A stretch of DNA of 53,767 nucleotides. It comes from Methanomicrobiales archaeon. GTDB taxonomy: Archaea; Halobacteriota; Methanomicrobia; Methanomicrobiales; Methanomicrobiaceae. Numbering within the stretch: the stretch's first letter is position 1; every line of letters starts with the position of its first letter. The notes beneath the pieces are model-generated. The model was not told the origin of the DNA. It saw nothing but the letters and a program-made list of their open reading frames with translations, and did not search any database. The position numbers were made by a program, and so were the translations under genes. Shown here in pieces: positions 48,819-53,767 of this stretch. The stretch spans positions 1-53,767 of the forward strand of contig JAAEEQ010000001.1 in NCBI GenBank assembly GCA_013415665.1, in the 5' to 3' direction.

Positions 48819-49768
48819 TGTACGACCTCAATGTCTGCTCGCACAACCGCGAGGCATACGGGCGTGCCCTCGTCGAACTCGGCAGCACCAATCCGGACGT
48901 GGTGGTTCTGGACGCCGACCTCTCCACATCGACAAAAACATCGATTTTTGCCGAGCGCTTTCCCGAGCGGTTCATCGACGTGGGGATCGCGGAACAGAAC
49001 CTTCTCGATATCGCAGCCGGCCTTGCCCTTTCCGGGAAAATCCCGTTCGTAAGCACGTTTTCGATCTTCGGCTGCGGGCGCGGATGGGAGCAGATACGAA
49101 ACACCATCGCGATGGACTCGATCAACGTCAATATCGTCTGCACCCATGCGGGGCTGAGCCTCGGCGGCGACGGCGCAACGCACCAGGCACTGGAGGATAT
49201 CGCCATCATGCGTGCGATTCCCAACATGCAGGTGATAGTGCCCGCCGATCCCGTCGAAACCCGGGCCGTGGTGCAGTACGCCGCAGCCTATCAGGGCCCC
49301 GTCTATATCCGCCTCTCCCGCAGGCGGTCGCCGCATCTCTTCGATGCCGCGGGGTACCGGTTCGATCCGAAGTCCTACCCCGTCCTCCGGGAGGGCGACG
49401 ACGTGACGATCCTCTCGACCGGCAACATGATCAGAAAAGCCCTGAAAGCTGCGGAATGCCTCGCTGAAGACGGCATCTCCGCGGGCGTGGTGAACGTCCA
49501 CACCATCAAGCCGCTCGCGCGGGATGCCATCTGTTCGATTGCGAAAAAAACGCCGGCAATCGTGACCCTCGAAGAGCACAACGTCATCGGCGGCCTCGGG
49601 AGTGCCGTTGCGGAATGCCTCGTCCAGGACTGCCCGGTCCCGATGAGGATCATCGGCGTCGAGGATCGCTTCGGCTGCTCGGGCAGGGTCGACGAGCTCT
49701 TCGAAAAATTCAACTTAACCCCGGCCCACGTCGCCGGGGTCGTGAAAAACCTGGTTCGGGAGAGGTGA
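48818..49768 (+). CDS. transketolase, C-terminal (pyrimidine-binding) subunit
   Basis: 316 aa. FIDVGIAEQN and GGDGATHQALEDIA. TGATG overlap with the N-terminal subunit. Confidence 0.85.
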   Translation: MYDLNVCSHNREAYGRALVELGSTNPDVVVLDADLSTSTKTSIFAERFPERFIDVGIAEQNLLDIAAGLALSGKIPFVSTFSIFGCGRGWEQIRNTIAMDSINVNIVCTHAGLSLGGDGATHQALEDIAIMRAIPNMQVIVPADPVETRAVVQYAAAYQGPVYIRLSRRRSPHLFDAAGYRFDPKSYPVLREGDDVTILSTGNMIRKALKAAECLAEDGISAGVVNVHTIKPLARDAICSIAKKTPAIVTLEEHNVIGGLGSAVAECLVQDCPVPMRIIGVEDRFGCSGRVDELFEKFNLTPAHVAGVVKNLVRER

Positions 49769-49773
49769 AGGAA

Positions 49774-50427
49774 ATGGAGATTTTTCTGGACACGGCTGAT
49801 ATTGATGAGATTCGGAAGTACGCGAGCGTGATCGACGGCGTCACCACCAACCCTTCGCTGGTTGCCGCACAGGGCGGCCGCTTTTCGTTTAATGACCTGA
49901 TCAACGAAATTGCCGCTGAAATCCCCGGGCCGATCAGCGTCGAGGCGGTGAGCCATACGGCAGACGAGATGGTCGAGGAAGGAAGGGCCCTTGCCGGGTT
50001 GTCCCCGAATATCGTGATCAAACTGCCGATGACGGAGGCGGGCCTCGCGGCAACGCGCCGGCTGCAGGCAGAGGGCATTCCCGTGAATGTCACCCTGATC
50101 TTCTCCGCGAACCAGGCATTTCTTGCAGCGAAGGCCGGCGCCTCCTACGCGAGCATCTTTGTCGGGCGCCTCGACGACATCGGCCATGACGGCATGCAGG
50201 TTGTGGAGGATGCCGTCACGGTCATGAAGAACTACGATTTCCCCACAAAGGTGCTAACGGCGAGCATCCGCCACCCGATGCACGTCCTCCGGGCCCTCAA
50301 AGCGGGATCGCAGGTTGCCACCATCCCCCCGAACGTGCTCGCGCAGCTCTACCGCCATCCGCTGTCGGACGCAGGGCTCGAAAAATTCCTTGCCGACTGG
50401 CAGCGCATGCAGGACGGGGGGCGATAA
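49774..50427 (+). CDS. transaldolase / fructose-6-phosphate aldolase family (short TalC/FSA type)
   Basis: Start at MEIFLDTADIDEI. Has VTTNPSL, a Schiff-base Lys context (IVIKLP) and SIFVGR. Confidence 0.85.
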   Translation: MEIFLDTADIDEIRKYASVIDGVTTNPSLVAAQGGRFSFNDLINEIAAEIPGPISVEAVSHTADEMVEEGRALAGLSPNIVIKLPMTEAGLAATRRLQAEGIPVNVTLIFSANQAFLAAKAGASYASIFVGRLDDIGHDGMQVVEDAVTVMKNYDFPTKVLTASIRHPMHVLRALKAGSQVATIPPNVLAQLYRHPLSDAGLEKFLADWQRMQDGGR

Positions 50428-50431
50428 GCCC

Positions 50432-51010
50432 ATGCGGGAGGGCATTACTTCCGCATTTCGGGAGCACCTTTCCGTTCTCGGCGCCGTCGCCGCTGATGAA
50501 CGGCTGGTCGATGCGATAGCGGCCGTTGCCGGCTGCATTGCCGGCTCGTTCGAGGGCGGCAACCGGGTCTACCTGTTCGGGTGCGGGGGCTCGGCGGCCG
50601 ACGCGCAGCATATTGCAGCCGAATTCGTCAACAAACTGAAAATGATGCGCAAAGGGCTGCCCGCTGCAGCACTCACCACCGACACATCCGTGCTGACGGC
50701 CATCGGCAATGATGTGTCGTTCGACCGTATCTTCTCCCGGCAGGTCGAATCGTTCGTATCGGCAGGCGATGTCGTTGTCGGGATCAGCACGAGCGGCACA
50801 TCCCCCTCCGTCGTCAACGGCCTGTCGGCTGCAAAGGAGCTTGGCGCAACAACGGTTCTGCTGACCGGCTCTGCCGTAACCGGCATTCCGGGTGTCACCG
50901 ACTATACCATTTCGGTGCCCTCGCGCGAAACACCGAGAGTTCAGGAAGCGCATATCGTGATAGCACACATCATCTGCGAACTGGTGGAGGAATCGCTCTT
51001 TGCACGATAA
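50432..51010 (+). CDS. SIS-domain phosphosugar isomerase, GmhA (sedoheptulose-7-P isomerase)/PtmF-like
   Basis: 192 aa. GCGGSAADAQHIAAEF, LTAIGNDVSFDRIFSRQV, GISTSGTSPSV and QEAHIVIAH follow the GmhA pattern. Confidence 0.75.
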   Translation: MREGITSAFREHLSVLGAVAADERLVDAIAAVAGCIAGSFEGGNRVYLFGCGGSAADAQHIAAEFVNKLKMMRKGLPAAALTTDTSVLTAIGNDVSFDRIFSRQVESFVSAGDVVVGISTSGTSPSVVNGLSAAKELGATTVLLTGSAVTGIPGVTDYTISVPSRETPRVQEAHIVIAHIICELVEESLFAR

Positions 51011-51491
51011 TACGGCGCAGGCCATCGCACGCATCCGCCTGCTGGTCTGCGATTTCGACGGGGTGCTCACCGACAACCGCGTGTACGTGGATCAGGACGG
51101 CAGGGAAATGGTGGCGTGCAACCGGAGCGACAGCCTCGGCATCGAACTCCTGCGCCGGGAGGCGGGTATCGAAACCGTCGTGATATCCAAGGAGAAGAAC
51201 GCCGTTGTGCAGGCGCGGTGCGATAAAATGCGGATTTCATGCTGCCACGGCATTGATGACAAGGTGCCGGTCCTCGAGACCCTGGCCCGCGAGCGGGGCA
51301 TCGCCCTGTCGGAGATCGCCTACATCGGCAACGATGTGAATGACCTCGAATGCATGCGGCGGTGCGGGCTCGGTGTCGCGGTTGCCGATGCGCACCGGCT
51401 GGTGCTCGACGAAGCGGACGTAATCCTGCGGAAAAACGGCGGATGCGGTGCCGTCCGGGAATTTATTGATATGCTTGTAGAGAGAAAGTAA
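51000..51491 (+). CDS. KdsC-type (C0) HAD phosphatase (ulosonate-phosphate phosphatase-like)
   Basis: 163 aa. DFDGVLTD (DxDxT), ISKEKN and GNDVNDL. Overlaps the SIS gene by 11 nt. Confidence 0.8.
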   Translation: MHDNTAQAIARIRLLVCDFDGVLTDNRVYVDQDGREMVACNRSDSLGIELLRREAGIETVVISKEKNAVVQARCDKMRISCCHGIDDKVPVLETLARERGIALSEIAYIGNDVNDLECMRRCGLGVAVADAHRLVLDEADVILRKNGGCGAVREFIDMLVERK

Positions 51492-51492
51492 G

Positions 51493-52335
51493 GTGAAGAA
51501 AATGGGTGTTTTTATCATTGCCGAGATCGGCATCAACCATAACGGGGATATCGGGATTGCAAAACGGTTAATCGACATGGCCGTCGCTGCCGGCTGCGAT
51601 GCGGTCAAATTCCAGAAGAGGACGATCGATGTCGTGTATACCCCGGAAACGCTCAGCGCACCCCGGGAGAGCCCGTGGGGGACGACCCAGCGCGAACAGA
51701 AGGAAGGGCTCGAGTTCGGCGAGGCCGGGTACGATGAAATCGACCGGTACTGCCGGGAAAAGGGAATCATCTGGTTTGCGTCGGCGTGGGACGAGGAAAG
51801 CCAGCGGTTCCTCGCAAAATACCATCTGCAGTATAACAAGGTTGCCTCGGCGATGCTCACCAATATCGCGTTCCTCGAGGTTGTCGCACGGGAACGGCGC
51901 CATACTTTCATCTCAACGGGCATGAGCTCGCTCGATGATATCGATCGCGCCGTTGCGGTTTTCGAAAAAGCCCAGTGCCCGTACTCCCTGCTTCACTGCG
52001 TCTCGACCTATCCTTCCGGGGATGCCGAGATCAATCTCGCGGTGATGGACACTCTTCGCGAGCGCTATGGCTGCGAAATCGGCTACAGCGGGCACGAGGC
52101 CGATATTCTGGCATCCATCGTCGCCGTATCGCGGGGTGCGGCGGTCATCGAGCGGCATATCACGCTCGATCGGACCATGTACGGCAGCGATCAGGCTGCT
52201 TCGCTGGAGGCCGGTGATCTTGAAGCGATGGTCAGCGCCATCCGCCGGATACCGGTTATCATGGGGGCCGGGGAAAAGACCGTCTCCGAACGGGAAGCGG
52301 CTGTTGCAAAAAAACTGCGGTATTTCACCGTGTAA
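51493..52335 (+). CDS. NeuB-family PEP-condensing ulosonic/nonulosonic acid synthase lacking the SAF domain
   Basis: IIAEIGINHNG, DAVKFQ, HCVSTYP, GYSGHE and ERHITLD. 280 aa from the GTG at 51493 (an ATG at 51502 is an alternative). The protein ends right after the TIM barrel. Confidence 0.8.
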   Translation: MKKMGVFIIAEIGINHNGDIGIAKRLIDMAVAAGCDAVKFQKRTIDVVYTPETLSAPRESPWGTTQREQKEGLEFGEAGYDEIDRYCREKGIIWFASAWDEESQRFLAKYHLQYNKVASAMLTNIAFLEVVARERRHTFISTGMSSLDDIDRAVAVFEKAQCPYSLLHCVSTYPSGDAEINLAVMDTLRERYGCEIGYSGHEADILASIVAVSRGAAVIERHITLDRTMYGSDQAASLEAGDLEAMVSAIRRIPVIMGAGEKTVSEREAAVAKKLRYFTV

Positions 52336-52341
52336 TGTGGG

Positions 52342-53328
52342 ATGGCAATGTCCGGCATCGAACGACAGGTATTCTTCAACGGGGCCTTTGTTCCCGAATC
52401 ACAGGCCCGCATCTCGATTTACGATTCCGCCCTGATGTTCGGGGATATGGTCTTTGAGATGACCCGGTCCTTTAACAAGGAGCAGTTCAAGCTGCGCGAG
52501 CATCTGGAACGGCTCTATGCCTCCATAAAATACGTCCACATCCCCATCGAGATGACGATCGACGAGATGGAAGAGAACGTCTACAAAACAATCGAGATCA
52601 ACGATCCGCTCTTCGCCGACGATGACGAGCACCGGGTGATGATCAACGTGTCCCGCGGCCTGCTCTCCATCTACCAGGACGTCGTCGGGGTAGAGAAAGG
52701 GACGAATGTCATTATCGCCGATTTTCCCCTCCGGTGGACGGTCTCGTCCATGGCGGAGTATTACGACACCGGGATCAATGCCGTCATTCCCTCCCAGCGG
52801 GCAATCCCTGCCTGGCTGCTCGAGCCCAAGGTGAAAAACAGGAGCAGGCTGCATTACCTCATGGCGAACATCGAGGTGTCGAACTACAGCGGGTCGAACA
52901 ACTGGGCGCTGCTGCTCGATCCGGACGGTTTCGTCGCCGAAGGCACCGGGGACAATTTCTTCATCGTCAAAGACGGGGCGCTGTACACGCCGGAGCCCCG
53001 CAATATCCTGCGGGGGATCAGCAGGCAGTACATCATCGAGGAGCTCGCCCCCGCACTCGGCATTCCCTGCCGTGAGCAAAACCTCGAACTCTATGACGTG
53101 ATGACGGCCGACGAGGCGTTCTTTACCGGAACCCCGTTCTGCATCATGCCGGCAACCCAGATCAACAGCACGGATATCGGCAGCGGATCCATGGGGGAGA
53201 TCACGCGAACGCTGCTTCGTCGGTGGGGTGAGAACGTTGGCGTGGATATCATTGCACAGATAAAGGCCTACGGCAAATCCCGGAAAGAGGATTACCGTGC
53301 CCCCTCGCCCTACTCCTTCAAAAAATAA
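52342..53328 (+). CDS. fold-type IV (class IV, BCAT / D-amino-acid aminotransferase-like) PLP aminotransferase
   Basis: 328 aa with class-IV pattern: FEMTRSF, a catalytic-Lys region (EPKVKNRSRL), EGTGDNFFIV, RGISR and FFTGT. Confidence 0.75.
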   Translation: MAMSGIERQVFFNGAFVPESQARISIYDSALMFGDMVFEMTRSFNKEQFKLREHLERLYASIKYVHIPIEMTIDEMEENVYKTIEINDPLFADDDEHRVMINVSRGLLSIYQDVVGVEKGTNVIIADFPLRWTVSSMAEYYDTGINAVIPSQRAIPAWLLEPKVKNRSRLHYLMANIEVSNYSGSNNWALLLDPDGFVAEGTGDNFFIVKDGALYTPEPRNILRGISRQYIIEELAPALGIPCREQNLELYDVMTADEAFFTGTPFCIMPATQINSTDIGSGSMGEITRTLLRRWGENVGVDIIAQIKAYGKSRKEDYRAPSPYSFKK

Positions 53329-53352
53329 CGGAATATCCTTTTTTTGCCCGCT

Positions 53353-53767
53353 CTACCAGCAGGTTCGTCCGCCGTCGATGATGACCGTGCTGCCGGTCAT
53401 GTAGGATGAGGCATCCGAGACCAGGAAGAGAACCGCCGCCTTATACTCCCCCTGCCGCGCCATCCTGCCGAGCGGGATTAATTCCGAGAGTTTATGCACG
53501 AATTCTTCCGGCTGGTCACGGTACACGCCGCCCGGGCAGAGCGCATTGGCGCGGACGCCCGCCGCCGCCCAGTAGGTGGCGCAGTATTTTGTCAGGCCGA
53601 TGAGCCCGTGCTTGATGACCGAATAGGTCACCGGCTTGACCGGTTGGCAGGATTCGGGAACACCTTCTTTACGGTAAATCCGCTGGTCCGGTGCAATAAT
53701 GCCGAGATCCGAGGAGATATTGAGGATAACACCGCGTGAACGCCCGGCCATGGCAGTGCCGAAGATC
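53353..53767 (-). CDS. short-chain dehydrogenase/reductase (SDR), C-terminal part; gene continues beyond the right edge
   Basis: NISS...YSVIKHGLIGLTK (YxxxK)...NALCPGG. The reading frame stays open upstream of the track's Met, to the window end. Confidence 0.8.
   Translation of the reverse strand, partial: IFGTAMAGRSRGVILNISSDLGIIAPDQRIYRKEGVPESCQPVKPVTYSVIKHGLIGLTKYCATYWAAAGVRANALCPGGVYRDQPEEFVHKLSELIPLGRMARQGEYKAAVLFLVSDASSYMTGSTVIIDGGRTCW

Noticed and set aside
48521-49579. 352-aa ORF antisense to the transketolase subunits
   Set aside because: The sense strand carries the TPP-binding and pyrimidine-binding motifs. The antisense protein has none.

Overview
This is a GC-rich archaeal chromosome segment, most likely from a Methanomicrobiales-type methanogen. 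That placement is an inference from gene content: mfnB, an HdrA-like protein, a hisA/hisF-related methanogen/Archaeoglobus-type gene, Top6A/B, and archaeal ribosomal, RNase P, proteasome and prefoldin genes. I can support about 70 protein-coding genes, 2 tRNAs (an intron-containing tRNA-Tyr and tRNA-Asp) and a few regulatory or terminator candidates. I found no CRISPR array, rRNA, transposase or integrase. Most long ORFs antisense to these genes are high-GC artefacts.

Layout:
- 0-17 kb: housekeeping genes (pyrBI, SSS symporter, trmI, NAC, nnr, moaC) and a compact information-processing superoperon (L15e, Rpp30, Pop5, PsmA, SBDS, L37Ae, RpoP, Brix, Pcc1, PfdB). The exosome genes are not between SBDS and L37Ae.
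- 17.3-22.8 kb: a tRNA-adjacent accessory-looking stretch with two paralogous small nuclease-fold-like proteins, a HEAT protein, a PP2C phosphatase, a PflX-type radical SAM protein, and a regulator plus Hsp20-like pair.
- 22.8-41.4 kb: guaB, mfnB, tmk, valS, hisS, top6BA and larB-nadM, followed by a tightly coupled three-gene module of unknown function.
- 41.4-53.8 kb: a glycan or specialised-sugar island.

Best candidates for undescribed biology:
1. The plus-strand operon at 45.2-53.3 kb joins split transketolase, transaldolase and a GmhA-like isomerase to a KdsC-like phosphatase, a SAF-less NeuB-like synthase and a fold-type IV aminotransferase.
2. The larB-nadM-unknown-unknown-unknown gene string at 33.35-36.9 kb.
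3. The paralogous pair next to the tRNAs.

All functional calls come from motif recognition in the supplied translations. No database search was run. Coordinates not taken from the ORF track were anchored to it by codon counting and may be off by 1-2 nt.
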